A stretch of DNA of 64,000 bases, taken from NCBI GenBank assembly GCA_964605735.1, contig CAZSDS010000001.1, forward strand, positions 480,126 through 544,125. Direction: 5' to 3'. Below, one piece after another: positions 18,557 through 29,017 of the stretch (position 1 is its first letter; each line of letters starts with the position of its first letter). The notes below the pieces were generated by a model. It was not told where the DNA came from and searched no databases. It saw only the letters and a list, made by a program, of their open reading frames with translations. The position numbers were made by a program, and so were the translations under genes. Origin of the DNA: an uncultured Candidatus Saccharibacteria bacterium. GTDB lineage: Bacteria > Patescibacteriota > Doudnabacteria > UBA920 > O2-02-FULL-48-8.

Positions 18557-19846
18557 TCAACTCTCTGAATTTTTGCTCTCCGGTTTTTTGCGGCCGCGCC
18601 TGAAAATGTTCGCGGCCGCCCCGCCAAAAAACTCCCCTGTATAATCCCGCCCTTTTTTCAACAGCTGGTAAAGTGTCGGCATCCTCCCTGGATCATATAT
18701 TTCGGACCAGGGATTTTTTCGTCCCCTCACCAAATCAGTCAGCAACATGGCGGTTATTCCTGAATAAGTCATGCCGTTTCCGGAAAACGCGGTCCCAACA
18801 TACTGGTCCGGATATGTCTGCCCTATCAAAGCCAAACCATCACTGGGCTCCAGGATCGGCCCATTCCATTTCCTGGTGATGCGGTATTCAATCCCCGAAA
18901 AAAACTCGGCCAGATAATCCTCCAGCGCCTTAAAATTCTTTTCCTGGTCCATTTTAATTTCCTTCCTGTGGTCCTGTCCGCCAACGACCATCCTGTCATG
19001 TCCGCCGTCAACCGCATCCACACGGAAATAATTGTAAGGATTGTCATCATCCCAGTATATCGCCTCCGGCAAAATTCCCTGGGGAATCTCCGCCTCAAAA
19101 ACGTAGCTGACATACATACCCTTTTTGAAATATGTTGGACGCGGATTGTTGAAAGGCTGATAAGTGGTGACAATCAGCTTGCCAGCGCTGATTTTCCCTT
19201 CGGGTGTGCCAACCTCCCAGCCATTTTCAGTTTTCTCAACGCTAACAGCTTCCGAATTCTCGTAAATAACAACACCCTGCTGGCTTGCTTTTTCAGCCAA
19301 TTGCCACAAAAATTTCAGCGGATGAAACTTGGCCTGGTCCTTGGTTTCCATAACTCCGTAATTTTTGAACTGAAACGGATTGGTTCGGTGCAGATCCACT
19401 TCAAACCCCATTTTCCTGGCGGTCGTATATTCTTCCTCAAGCTCCTCCAGCCCGTCTTTGCTGATTGTATAAACATAAGCCGAACAGCGCATAAATTCGC
19501 AATCCAGTTTTTCGGCTTTGATAATATCTTCCAGTAAATCAATTGCCTCGCCATGCGAATCCCACACCAGCCGGGCATTTTTAGGCCCATACATTTTTAC
19601 CAACTCCCTGAGGTCTGTGTCTATATCCTGAGTGATAAAAGCCGTGGTATATTCAGTTGCCCCAGACCCGATTTGATCCCTTTCCAGGACAGTGACTTTC
19701 AACCCTTCTTTGTTCAGCAAATATGCAGTCAAAATGCCGGCCAGTCCCCCGCCGACAATAACAACATCCGTTCTTTCTTTACGGGTAAGTTTGGGGTAAT
19801 CCTTAATCCTCTCATTTTTCCATGTTGGCTGTTCTCTTATGCTCAT
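18557..19846 (-). CDS. FAD-dependent oxidoreductase (DAO family)
   Basis: DVVIVGGGLAGILTAYLL is a Rossmann dinucleotide-binding motif. Length and layout fit the DadA/glycine-oxidase-like family. Confidence 0.8.
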   Translation of the reverse strand: MSIREQPTWKNERIKDYPKLTRKERTDVVIVGGGLAGILTAYLLNKEGLKVTVLERDQIGSGATEYTTAFITQDIDTDLRELVKMYGPKNARLVWDSHGEAIDLLEDIIKAEKLDCEFMRCSAYVYTISKDGLEELEEEYTTARKMGFEVDLHRTNPFQFKNYGVMETKDQAKFHPLKFLWQLAEKASQQGVVIYENSEAVSVEKTENGWEVGTPEGKISAGKLIVTTYQPFNNPRPTYFKKGMYVSYVFEAEIPQGILPEAIYWDDDNPYNYFRVDAVDGGHDRMVVGGQDHRKEIKMDQEKNFKALEDYLAEFFSGIEYRITRKWNGPILEPSDGLALIGQTYPDQYVGTAFSGNGMTYSGITAMLLTDLVRGRKNPWSEIYDPGRMPTLYQLLKKGRDYTGEFFGGAAANIFRRGRKKPESKNSES

Positions 19847-19911
19847 ATATAAAGCTTAAAATAAAACAGACATATAACCATTGGTTATATGTCCAAAGCA
19901 AATTTATTTAT

Positions 19912-20487
19912 TTATTTCCTCGGGTTCTTGCTTATAATTTCTTTGATTATGTCGGCTTCCGGACCTGACTGGCCAACCGGCAATATGTCTTCTCGCAAAG
20001 TCAGCGCAGAATACCCCTTCCAGGCCAGATACAGCGAACCTGCAACTGCGGCAAAACCAAGCGATGAAATTAACCCTGCCACCAGACTGGTCTGTGAGAT
20101 CAGCCCAGCTTCCATCAAAATATAATTCCAGTCGTGGACAACTGCTTCACCGCCCAGCAAAGACAATTGCATTTTTATGGCATCAGCCGCGTAGTAACTT
20201 ATATAAAACAGGTTGACCGCAATCCATTGCAACATAACGGCAGCAGAATATTTTTTCCCGCCGCGGAAGAAATAAAGGAAAAACAAAGCCGGAATAATTA
20301 CCTGCAGTAAACTTCCGCCAAGAGCCGTTATAAAATTCCCCAAGGGATAAAAAACCAAGTGACCCGCCTCATGGATAACAACGTTGACATTGTCAATAAA
20401 GTGCCAAGCGCCTTGGTAAGTTGATTGGTAATGGTACGCGCAATACAAAGCGCCTGCAACGACCAGCGCAAGTTTGATTTTTCTCAT
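19912..20487 (-). CDS. small polytopic membrane protein with HEAGH (HExxH) motif; putative intramembrane metalloprotease-like
   Basis: Several TM segments. HEAGHLVFYP is in the first TM region, as in S2P/M50-like proteases. Confidence 0.5.
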   Translation of the reverse strand: MRKIKLALVVAGALYCAYHYQSTYQGAWHFIDNVNVVIHEAGHLVFYPLGNFITALGGSLLQVIIPALFFLYFFRGGKKYSAAVMLQWIAVNLFYISYYAADAIKMQLSLLGGEAVVHDWNYILMEAGLISQTSLVAGLISSLGFAAVAGSLYLAWKGYSALTLREDILPVGQSGPEADIIKEIISKNPRK

Positions 20488-21546
20488 TTAAGGATATTTA
20501 TCTTTTAAAGTTTTGTTTATTTTTTTGCTTAGTTTTTTGGCGTTCAACCGGCGTTCTGTTTCCTTGGATTTGCTGGTTTTGCTTTCCAGATACTCCGCTT
20601 CCCTGACCATTTTGATGTAGTTCCTGTACCTGGCCGGATCCAACCGGCCTGCTTCCAACGCCGCTTTTATGGCACAGCCAGCACTCTTTTCATGGTCGCA
20701 CTTGCCAAACCTGCACTGAAGCGCCAGCTCCTCAATGTCAGCAAAAGCGTTTTCCAGCTCATTCTCATCAGCCCAGAGGCTGACTTCCCTCATCCCAGGC
20801 GTATCAATCAAAATGCTGCCGTCTTCCAGCACGATCATTTCACGCTTGGTGGTGGTGTGCCGCCCTCTGCTGTCATAATCGCGTATTTCCCGGGTTGTCT
20901 GTTTCTCTGTTCCCACAATTGCATTAACCATACTGGATTTGCCGACTCCTGATGATCCAAGGAACACAAAAGTCATGCCTGCCTTTAAAAACTCCTTTAA
21001 TTGATCAATGCCCCTGCCGGTTTTTGCGCTGACAGGAACCACCTCAACATCCTGAGCCACGGATTTGGTTTCCGTGACCAGATCCAAATAATCCTGTTTC
21101 AAATCAATTTTATTCAAAACTACAACGGGTTTGGCCCCGCTTTGCCTGGCTATGACCAAATATCTTTCCAAACGGCGCAGGTTATAATCATCCGGCAAAG
21201 CCTGGACAATAAAAACCACATCTATGTTTGCAACAATCACCTGCTCTATTTCATCATCCGGGCTCTTCCTTGAAATTTTTGTCACCCGAGGCAGTATTTC
21301 TTCAATGACCACTTTTTGTTCATTAGGTAATTTCGTGACACGCACCCAGTCCCCGACTTTTGGGAAACCTTGGCCGTCAAAACCCTTTAAAGTTTTTCCC
21401 CGCAATATACCAGAGCATTCGCCATACTTGGTCAGGACCGTGAAATTCGTCTTATTCTCAATGCTGACTCTGCCAACATCAAAATCCGCTTTTTCCAAAG
21501 CGGTTAGTTTTGCGTATTTATCCCAGCCGATTAAGTTCAAATCCAT
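20488..21546 (-). CDS. rsgA: ribosome small-subunit-dependent GTPase A
   Basis: OB-fold N-terminus, circularly permuted GTPase motifs (VVLNKIDL, FLGSSGVGKSS) and a C-terminal zinc knuckle CRFGKCDHEKSAGC. Confidence 0.9.
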   Translation of the reverse strand: MDLNLIGWDKYAKLTALEKADFDVGRVSIENKTNFTVLTKYGECSGILRGKTLKGFDGQGFPKVGDWVRVTKLPNEQKVVIEEILPRVTKISRKSPDDEIEQVIVANIDVVFIVQALPDDYNLRRLERYLVIARQSGAKPVVVLNKIDLKQDYLDLVTETKSVAQDVEVVPVSAKTGRGIDQLKEFLKAGMTFVFLGSSGVGKSSMVNAIVGTEKQTTREIRDYDSRGRHTTTKREMIVLEDGSILIDTPGMREVSLWADENELENAFADIEELALQCRFGKCDHEKSAGCAIKAALEAGRLDPARYRNYIKMVREAEYLESKTSKSKETERRLNAKKLSKKINKTLKDKYP

Positions 21547-21998
21547 TACCTGCTCCTGGCGGACTCGTAAGCCATGATTAACTCATCTACGCTTGTCAGT
21601 GCAACTGCCTTTCCAATGACATCCAAAGGCAGATCTTCCAGGTTTTTGAACCTTACGCAGGATTTGCCAACGTCCATTTTCTTCCCACTAGCCTTGTAAG
21701 CTTTTTCAAACCATTTTTGATTCTTGTTGTTCATGTAGATATTAAGCAGGTACACTGCCATATGATTTTTTTGCGAGGCCAAGGATGCGTACGGAAGCGG
21801 CACGTCCTTCTTACCCAGGTAACCGGCCGGGTATTTTTTCAGCGGCACCACGTAACTGATCATGCCGTACTGCATGGTTTCTTCGTATCCTTTTGGGAGG
21901 CTTTTTAAAATGACCTTGCGGACAGCCTGCAAGGCTTTTTTCCTGTCTTCAGGCAAACTGTTGAGGTAATCTTCCGGGCTTTTTGCTTTGCTAATCAT
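21546..21998 (-). CDS. DUF1801 (YdhG-like) domain protein
   Basis: Matches the DUF1801 pattern (DYLNSLPEDRKKALQAVRKVILKSLP...). A paralogue lies at 25169..25546. Confidence 0.65.
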   Translation of the reverse strand: MISKAKSPEDYLNSLPEDRKKALQAVRKVILKSLPKGYEETMQYGMISYVVPLKKYPAGYLGKKDVPLPYASLASQKNHMAVYLLNIYMNNKNQKWFEKAYKASGKKMDVGKSCVRFKNLEDLPLDVIGKAVALTSVDELIMAYESARSR

Positions 21999-22056
21999 GG
22001 AATGATTATATCAAACAATGACCCGGCGGGAACAGGACTTTAATCTGATACGCCCT

Positions 22057-22632
22057 CTATCCTGAGGATTGCCACTCCTTTATGGCTTCCAATGGATAAA
22101 TCAGCATTATAATATTCAAAATCAAATTGTCCCTGATCATGTACCCCACAAAGGCTTCCATGCCTAAAACCAGTACCACAGATAGCCACACTGGCAAACG
22201 GTAAGCCAAAACAAATCCCAACACCATAGCCAGTTGGTCCGCTACAGAGTTGATGATGCTGTCCCCATAATAATCCAAGGAGATGGTCACTTCCCTGTAC
22301 CGGTTTATGACCATATCAGTATTTTCAAAAATTTCCCAAGCTGCTTCTATTAACACCGCCATCACAAATAACGCACCCAAAGGCAGTCGCTTCCTGAAAA
22401 TCAATCTTAGCAAGAAATAAAAACCAAAACCGTGGATGATGTGCGAGAAAGTATACCAGTCAGTAATGTGCTGAGAGTTTTCCGAACTGAAGGTTACCCC
22501 ATGCCAGAACTTAACGTAACCACATTTGCAAATCGGGACCTGATCCATAAAATATAAAACCACTGCAGAAAGCAGTATTATCCCAAGTCCGACCAACACG
22601 TATTGCTTTGCGGACAAGCGTAACCAATGCAT
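22057..22632 (-). CDS. polytopic membrane protein (DUF2585-like)
   Basis: About six TM helices. Family assignment is from memory of the pattern and is uncertain. Confidence 0.5.
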   Translation of the reverse strand: MHWLRLSAKQYVLVGLGIILLSAVVLYFMDQVPICKCGYVKFWHGVTFSSENSQHITDWYTFSHIIHGFGFYFLLRLIFRKRLPLGALFVMAVLIEAAWEIFENTDMVINRYREVTISLDYYGDSIINSVADQLAMVLGFVLAYRLPVWLSVVLVLGMEAFVGYMIRDNLILNIIMLIYPLEAIKEWQSSG

Positions 22633-22676
22633 GGATTCAGTATAGCACTTTTATGCACACTATTAAGAAGCCAGCT

Positions 22677-23582
22677 CTAATTCAACATCCTTAGAGGCTC
22701 CCCAATAGGCAATTCTGCAATCCACTGTTCACTCACCGTATTTATGCCTTCCGGCAAACCACCCTCGGCAAGGAAGGTCTCCCAAGTCATCGCAAGACCG
22801 TGCCTGGAAACTCCGTCTGGGTGAATCTCCCAAACTGTCGGGTCGCCAAAAGTTCTGACCCAGCGCGGCTGTTGGTACACAACCACTGCCGCATTTTCCA
22901 GAGCCCCCCAATTATTCAAAAAGTCATCAACGCTCCACCTTAGTTCCCCGTAAATCGGATCCATCAGAATCAGGCTTTCAGGGTTCGTCATTGAGCCGGC
23001 GTACCCTGCCAGAACCCGGGCGTGTTCCCCGTTAACGCCATTGATGTGCCTGCCTGCAGGCGTGGTCCACTCTATTCGGTTGCCTCGGCCAAAATAACCC
23101 CAGACCACCACCGGACGCCCTTGGTTCAAGTGGTAAAGCAATTGTGGCAGTGAACCGTTATGGATAACTTCAGTCCTTCGATATTTTAATCCCACTTTTG
23201 CGACCGGATCCCAATAAACACCGTAGCCGTCACCCATCATCTTGCCGTCAATGTTCCCCACAAATCCCGTGTACGGATCACCCCAAACACCATTGCGCCT
23301 CTGAGTGGGGTCAAAATTCAGACCAGCAATCAGATCAGACTCGGGTACGTTTATGCCAGCGCCGGCCAGCGCCATCTTCAAACTGGCAATTTCACAGCTT
23401 AACGAGTGCTCTTGCCTGTGGAATGGGACATTTAGCTTGTAAATGCTGTTCCCTGCCACCTCCCCCATCTGCGACCACCTTGCGCTCAGTTTTCCTGTCA
23501 GGTAAGTAATCTCAGGCCTGTACCCTGCATACACAGCGCCGGCAAGCATAATTGCTAACAAAAGTATACCGATTTTTTTCAT
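22677..23582 (-). CDS. secreted peptidase C39-like (YvpB-like papain-fold) domain protein
   Basis: Signal peptide. PFHRQEHSLSCEIASLKMAL is typical of Peptidase_C39_2, with the nucleophile Cys in context. Confidence 0.65.
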   Translation of the reverse strand: MKKIGILLLAIMLAGAVYAGYRPEITYLTGKLSARWSQMGEVAGNSIYKLNVPFHRQEHSLSCEIASLKMALAGAGINVPESDLIAGLNFDPTQRRNGVWGDPYTGFVGNIDGKMMGDGYGVYWDPVAKVGLKYRRTEVIHNGSLPQLLYHLNQGRPVVVWGYFGRGNRIEWTTPAGRHINGVNGEHARVLAGYAGSMTNPESLILMDPIYGELRWSVDDFLNNWGALENAAVVVYQQPRWVRTFGDPTVWEIHPDGVSRHGLAMTWETFLAEGGLPEGINTVSEQWIAELPIGEPLRMLN

Positions 23583-23627
23583 AAACTAATTATAACAAAA
23601 GCAAAACAATTGGATATTGGACAAAAA

Positions 23628-23651
23628 TAAAAGCACCGGTCCATTGCCGGT
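23628..23651 (-). terminator. intrinsic terminator downstream of the SurA-like gene
   Basis: Hairpin agcaccgg-tccatt-gccggtgct with the A-run on the plus strand (T-run on the transcribed strand). Confidence 0.45.
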
Positions 23652-23659
23652 GCTCTGTT

Positions 23660-24316
23660 CTAAAAAGAAACGAATTCTTTGATGGAAGCTTTGTTTCGGG
23701 TTTCATCAATCCACGCCGTAATTTCCCTGCTGAATTTATCCTGTTCCAGGCTGTCTTTGATTATCCGCCTTTGTTCTTGCTCAGTTCCCTCTTCCAGAGT
23801 CTGGCCAGTGTCTGAAAGGTATTGGTCAATCTCTTCTTCGGATACTCTCATTTTATCGCCAAGAATTTGCTTAGCTTTCAATTGAAGAACAATCTGATCA
23901 TCCAGTTCCTCTCGGGTGATCTGCTCCATTTCCAGAGTTTCTTCCAAGGTGCCACCATGCTGTGCAAGCTGGTCCTCAATCTTTTTTATCTCATCCTGCA
24001 GATGCTCGTTTGTTATTGTTATCTTTTGGTTCTTGGCTTCATTTTCAATCAACACCCGGTTAATCAAAGAGTCCAAAGCCTGTCGGCCTGCGGTTTTTTC
24101 CATTTCACCAATCACTGCGAACCTTGAAATAGGTGTTCCGTTCACGGTGGCGGCAAGAAACAAACCCTTATAAGCATATGCCAGGGCCAAAATCGCCACT
24201 ATCACCGCAACCCATACAATCCGCTTTGGGGTGATATATGCCGGAAGCTTTATTCTCTTTTCAGAAACTGCTGGAGTTTCAGATGCTGTTATATCAGCGT
24301 TATCAATGTTGTTCAT
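23660..24316 (-). CDS. membrane-anchored SurA N-terminal-domain-like chaperone (no PPIase domain)
   Basis: N-terminal TM, then SurA_N-like helical region (ATVNGTPISRFAVIGEMEKTAGRQALDSLINRVLIENEA). Confidence 0.55.
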   Translation of the reverse strand: MNNIDNADITASETPAVSEKRIKLPAYITPKRIVWVAVIVAILALAYAYKGLFLAATVNGTPISRFAVIGEMEKTAGRQALDSLINRVLIENEAKNQKITITNEHLQDEIKKIEDQLAQHGGTLEETLEMEQITREELDDQIVLQLKAKQILGDKMRVSEEEIDQYLSDTGQTLEEGTEQEQRRIIKDSLEQDKFSREITAWIDETRNKASIKEFVSF

Positions 24317-24364
24317 TTATCCACTATATCAGGAAAAAATGATTTAATGAAGCAAAGCCCGTTT

Positions 24365-25120
24365 TTACTCCATTAATGCGGCACGGGTGCGTGGCCCAAC
24401 CAGCCCAAACCCCGTGCTGGATTCATCTCCGGAACAAACTATGTTTTTTGCGCACTGGAAACGCCTGACCGCTTCCCTGGTCAATGAGCCAAAATATAAC
24501 GTCTCATTGCCTTGCGAGCCGGGGCCGCTGCTGGCCAGGGTAAAACCTTTCTGATTAAGAATTTGCTGGAGCGCCATAACCTGCGCATGAGACATGCCAA
24601 GTTTTAGCGTCAGCGATATTTGTGTACTTATGGATCCTGGTGCTGGAACCGGAGTTGGCATCGGGGCAGGTGCAGGCAATGGTGAAGGTGCTGGTGAAGG
24701 GGTTGGCTGTGGAATGTTTGGAGCCGGTACCGGATTAGGCAGACAGGACTTCCAAGGATTCGTCCCGCTGTTGAAATACATGTACCTGGCGTAAGCAATG
24801 TTCCCTTCTATGGTGTTGATGTCATAGGCCCTGTCCAACGCCCTTTGTCTGTGCAACCGTTCATCAATCTGGAAAATGCCAATATAGTTTTTTCCTGCAC
24901 CGCCCCGCAGTGCGGTTCCGTCAGCGTTAAACTGTCGGAAACCGGATTCGCATTTGGCGATTTCAGTCATGCCCGGCATGTCTGGGAAAGAGGCCCGGAC
25001 AATCGCCTCAACATTCGCATTTGGGTTGGCCTTAGCTTCCGAAGCAGCAAAAGCAGTGAATAAAAGCAAACACACGAAAACCAAAAAACCTGCAACCGAT
25101 TTATGTCTATTATTTTTCAT
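24365..25120 (-). CDS. secreted transglycosylase-like (RPF-type lysozyme-like) domain protein with C-terminal peptidoglycan-binding domain
   Basis: Signal peptide. IAKCESGFRQFNADGT...YIGIFQI is the transglycosylase-like motif. Pro-rich linker. C-terminal PG_binding_1-like segment (AQVMALQQILNQKGF...TREAVRRFQ). Confidence 0.7.
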   Translation of the reverse strand: MKNNRHKSVAGFLVFVCLLLFTAFAASEAKANPNANVEAIVRASFPDMPGMTEIAKCESGFRQFNADGTALRGGAGKNYIGIFQIDERLHRQRALDRAYDINTIEGNIAYARYMYFNSGTNPWKSCLPNPVPAPNIPQPTPSPAPSPLPAPAPMPTPVPAPGSISTQISLTLKLGMSHAQVMALQQILNQKGFTLASSGPGSQGNETLYFGSLTREAVRRFQCAKNIVCSGDESSTGFGLVGPRTRAALME

Positions 25121-25168
25121 GAAGTAACTTTAGCAAATATATACTCTCAACCGAAGCGCGATCAATCT

Positions 25169-25546
25169 TTAGCCTTTGCTTTTACGGGCCTTAGCCCTTT
25201 CCCGGTGACGCTTGAGATTTGCCTTAACCAGCTTTTTTATCAACTCCAAAGGAAGGGGTTTATCAAGAGGAAATTTGACTGTACCCCGGCCTGATCGATA
25301 TTTTTCTGCAGCCTTACCAATGGATTCCAGAAAAGGATACATGCTGATATGGTTCTCAAACCCCGCCAGGTAAACCATATATTTACCATCCAGTTTATAT
25401 GTAGGAATGCTGTAGCTGATGGTTTCCTCGGTCTCCTTTGGGAGGTTTTTCTTGATCACCCGCCTGATTTTTTCCAATAAGACCTGTATTTTAGGCGGAA
25501 AATTGTTGATGTATTCATCAACGCTTTTTACCGGCTTTCTTTTCAT
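25169..25546 (-). CDS. DUF1801 (YdhG-like) domain protein, paralogue
   Basis: VDEYINNFPPKIQVLLEKIRRVIKKNLP... has the same pattern as 21546..21998. Confidence 0.6.
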   Translation of the reverse strand: MKRKPVKSVDEYINNFPPKIQVLLEKIRRVIKKNLPKETEETISYSIPTYKLDGKYMVYLAGFENHISMYPFLESIGKAAEKYRSGRGTVKFPLDKPLPLELIKKLVKANLKRHRERAKARKSKG

Positions 25547-25850
25547 TTTTTTGTTGTTTAAACGTTATTTTTCTCTTCCTCATCTCCTGTTTGAGTATAC
25601 CCATGGCTTTTGGCCCCATGCCATGAAGATTAGCAACTTCTTTTTCCGTAAATTTTCCCAAATCAGACATTTTCCTTATGCCTTTGGACAATAATGCCCT
25701 TAGTGCGGGAGCTGCAGTTTTTGGAATATCTGTTTTCTTCAGATTTTTGTAATACCCTGCCCAGCAAACTGGGCAGACGGGACAATCACTGCTCTTATAA
25801 AACTTGTGCCCTCTACTGCAAATTTTTAAAATTCTTGCACTCATTACCAC
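25518..25850 (-). CDS. small zinc-ribbon protein with helix-hairpin-helix-like C-terminus
   Basis: CSRGH...CPVCPVCW is Cys4-like. The basic tail is KKAGKKR. Confidence 0.45.
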   Translation of the reverse strand: MVMSARILKICSRGHKFYKSSDCPVCPVCWAGYYKNLKKTDIPKTAAPALRALLSKGIRKMSDLGKFTEKEVANLHGMGPKAMGILKQEMRKRKITFKQQKNEKKAGKKR

Positions 25851-27592
25851 CCTCCTCCTCCGCCGCCGCCACCTCCGCCCCCGGAGAATCCGCCGGACAT
25901 TCCGGAGCTTGATCCGGGAGGAGTTGCGGCAGAAGCCACTGCTCCTGCAAAACTTTTGCTGACATCAGAAGAAAATTCCGTGGGGCTGAAATGCGCAAAC
26001 GAACCATGATACCACAAAGGAACATAACCTACACCCCGGCTTTCAAGGCGGGCAAAAACGTCCTTAAACTGTTCTGCCCACTGGTGCGAAACCCCAAGCG
26101 CCAAGGCGTACGGCAACATTTTCTCAAACAGCTCAGGTGTTTTTTCCGGAGGATTATGGAAGGCTAACCTATCTTTTTCAGTCACGGACAAGAAGAGTTT
26201 AAAACCTTCAATTTCATCAGCAAGCTTTCTTCCTTCCACCGTGTAAGCTTTCATCAGCCAGGCAAAAATTGCATTAACTATAATCAAACCAAGCACCAGA
26301 GCAACCCAAAAAATTATCTGGACACCGGATGTTATGCCGTACCTGAATGTCGCTGCACCAATGACCGCCCCGGCAATTGTCACACCAGACAGGAAAATCC
26401 CAATAACAATGGCTGGAATATTTTTCTTAAAATACCTTTTCCCTGCCTGCTTATCCAGAGCCTTGGTGAATTTATTTTTTATCTTTGAAATCTTGGAAGC
26501 TGATTTGCTTTCCAACACGATTGAACTGCTTTCAGCGAAAAGTTCGTCGAACAAAATCTTCTCATCTTCCGACAACACACCCTTTGCCGGTGCATCCAGC
26601 TTTTCTAAAGTGTAAGTCTTTTTACGCAAAAATTTCTTATTCTCAGTAATTTTCACATATCCCTTAACGCCAAGATTTATTATTGCGGCAGCAAATGACT
26701 CGTTGTCACTGCCCATCTTTTTTATGTGCCTTAAAAATGCCGGGGAAAAACCTTGCGGAGATTCGTATTGGGCGATCACTGCGCCCGGTTTTGGGTCTCG
26801 GCCATGCTTGTGCCAGGCATAGGAATAGAACACGATTACCAAAGCCAAACCCAACAATCCGATAATATAATCAAGATTCGCCTTGAACGAAGCCCAAAAA
26901 TTTTCTGCGGCTGTCGGTTCCGCCACAACACCTTTTGGCCAGCTGACCACCACAGTCAATCCCTCAAAAGGCCTCAGCGGCTGTGTAGCAGCAAACGAAA
27001 CTGTATTGTCGTTAATGGTAAAACGGCCGTCCTGGGCAGATGACCCTTGCGGGCCGGTATAGAGCTTGGCGCTGATCTGATCTGCGGGGACATTTCCCGG
27101 CAATGTGACTGTTGCTGAAGCCGCATCAATTCCAAAAATCCAACCATTCCCAGTCACGTTCCAATACAGCTCGTCATGATTCTCAAAAAATCCAAGCTGT
27201 CTGTCAGTTTTATAAGTGATTGTATAAGTGTGTTCTCCTGGCGGAATAAAGACGTTTTCCTCTCCCAAATAAATCCTGATGCCATTCCCTGCCCGCTCAG
27301 TGTGGTAAGGCTCAGGTGAACCGTTTCGGGTGGCGTTCAGCAACTCAAACCCAACCAAATATCTCTGGCCGTTCCGGTCAGTGTAAGACAGAGGAAAATC
27401 ACGGTAAATTCCACGCCGAATCTGTTCACCGGCACTTATTACCTGGATGGTCTCCATAACAGTCATTGACCCATCTTCATGGATCTGAATTTGGCTGTCG
27501 TATGAAATGATCCGCTCTGCAGACTGGGCTGTAGCCAGCATTGGCAGGAAAACCAGGGCCGCCAGCAGAACGCTTTTTATTATCTTATTCAT
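25844..27592 (-). CDS. DUF2207 domain membrane protein
   Basis: Signal peptide, IISYDSQIQIHEDGSMTVMETIQV start typical of DUF2207, a central TM block and a Gly-rich tail GGFSGGGGGGGGGGGW. Confidence 0.8.
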   Translation of the reverse strand: MNKIIKSVLLAALVFLPMLATAQSAERIISYDSQIQIHEDGSMTVMETIQVISAGEQIRRGIYRDFPLSYTDRNGQRYLVGFELLNATRNGSPEPYHTERAGNGIRIYLGEENVFIPPGEHTYTITYKTDRQLGFFENHDELYWNVTGNGWIFGIDAASATVTLPGNVPADQISAKLYTGPQGSSAQDGRFTINDNTVSFAATQPLRPFEGLTVVVSWPKGVVAEPTAAENFWASFKANLDYIIGLLGLALVIVFYSYAWHKHGRDPKPGAVIAQYESPQGFSPAFLRHIKKMGSDNESFAAAIINLGVKGYVKITENKKFLRKKTYTLEKLDAPAKGVLSEDEKILFDELFAESSSIVLESKSASKISKIKNKFTKALDKQAGKRYFKKNIPAIVIGIFLSGVTIAGAVIGAATFRYGITSGVQIIFWVALVLGLIIVNAIFAWLMKAYTVEGRKLADEIEGFKLFLSVTEKDRLAFHNPPEKTPELFEKMLPYALALGVSHQWAEQFKDVFARLESRGVGYVPLWYHGSFAHFSPTEFSSDVSKSFAGAVASAATPPGSSSGMSGGFSGGGGGGGGGGGW

Positions 27593-27639
27593 AGGCTTTA
27601 TAAGCGAATCATACCAATAATCGATTAAAATAAAAAGTC

Positions 27640-28935
27640 ATGTATAATAGAAACATGATGACAAATTTTCAAGAAAGAAAAATAAAGAACAAGCTCAGTA
27701 TTGCTGAATACAAAGCATTTAATCCGGCACAATATAAATCAATAATTTCAAAAAGCAATTCACTGCACGGCAAAACCATACTGCACATAAACGCCACTCC
27801 GGAAGGAGGAGGTGTTGCTGAACTGCTGGCCAGTCAAGTGGCTTTGGAAAGATCATTGGGCATCAACAGCAGATGGTTTTACATCAATACTCAACCGGAA
27901 TTTTTTTCCGCAACGAAAAAAATTCACAACTTACTTCAGGGCCAGCCTGGAAAACTAAACTTCAGCGAACAGGGCGTTTATTTGGAGACCAACCAGATCC
28001 TCGGCGAATCACTGGCCCAGCTTGCCTACCGGATAAACCCGGACCTTATTGTCATTCACGATCCTCAACCGTTGCCGGTTATAAAATATTTCCAGGACCG
28101 CTCCAAACTTATATTGAGACTGCATATCGACCTTTCAGAGCCAAACCCTTGGATGGTTAAGTTTCTCATGCCATATTTGAATGAATATGGCCAGATTGTC
28201 ACAAGCGGCAGCAGTTTCGCCAAGCAATTGCCTGCGCAAGTCCGCAAAAAACTGTCTGTCATCTACCCGGCTATCGACCCGCTTTCTGAAAAAAACCTAA
28301 CGATGGATCCCAAATACGCAAATCTGATCATGAACCGGCTGAAAATCGACCCTTACCGCCCTATCATTTCCCAGGTCTCAAGATTTGATCCGTGGAAAGA
28401 TCCGGTGGGTGTGATAGACGCTTTCCTTCTGGCCAAAGAGGAAATCCCGAACCTTCAATTGGTGCTTGCCGGAATAATCAAAGCCAAAGATGACCCCCAG
28501 GCTTGGGAAATCCTGGACGAGGTTAAAAAGCGAGCCGGCAACAATCCTGATATTTTCCTTTTTTGGGACGAAGTACAAATCAAACCATATAAAATTGACG
28601 AGTTTGTCAATGCAGTTTTCACATCAAGCATGGTCGTTGTCCAAAACAGCAACAAGGAAGGATTTGGATTGACGGCGACGGAGGCCATGTGGAAAGGAAA
28701 GCCTGTAATCGGAGGTCCCGCGCACGGAATCAAAGTCCAGATAAAGCACAACAAAACCGGATTTATCGCACCTGATAAGTTGAAGCTTGCAAAAACAATG
28801 ATCAAACTGGTCAAAGACCCAAAATTGTGCAAAAAAATTGGGACCGCGGGACAGCTCTCAGTCAAAAAACAATTCCTGCTCCCCCGCTACCTGCTGGATA
28901 ATCTGAAAGTTTACGCCAAACAGAAAGCAAACTAG
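27640..28935 (+). CDS. glycosyltransferase family 4 (TreT/sucrose-synthase-like subgroup)
   Basis: HINATPEGGGVAELLASQ near the N-terminus. C-terminal EGFGLTATEAMWKGKPVIGGPAHG is the GT4 E-x7-E region. Confidence 0.8.
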   Translation: MYNRNMMTNFQERKIKNKLSIAEYKAFNPAQYKSIISKSNSLHGKTILHINATPEGGGVAELLASQVALERSLGINSRWFYINTQPEFFSATKKIHNLLQGQPGKLNFSEQGVYLETNQILGESLAQLAYRINPDLIVIHDPQPLPVIKYFQDRSKLILRLHIDLSEPNPWMVKFLMPYLNEYGQIVTSGSSFAKQLPAQVRKKLSVIYPAIDPLSEKNLTMDPKYANLIMNRLKIDPYRPIISQVSRFDPWKDPVGVIDAFLLAKEEIPNLQLVLAGIIKAKDDPQAWEILDEVKKRAGNNPDIFLFWDEVQIKPYKIDEFVNAVFTSSMVVVQNSNKEGFGLTATEAMWKGKPVIGGPAHGIKVQIKHNKTGFIAPDKLKLAKTMIKLVKDPKLCKKIGTAGQLSVKKQFLLPRYLLDNLKVYAKQKAN

Positions 28936-29017
28936 CGATTGGAACCTTTTCCAATGGATAATTTTATTATCCCGAACCATAATTGGGGTAATATCATTAA
29001 CCAAAGGAAAACCATAT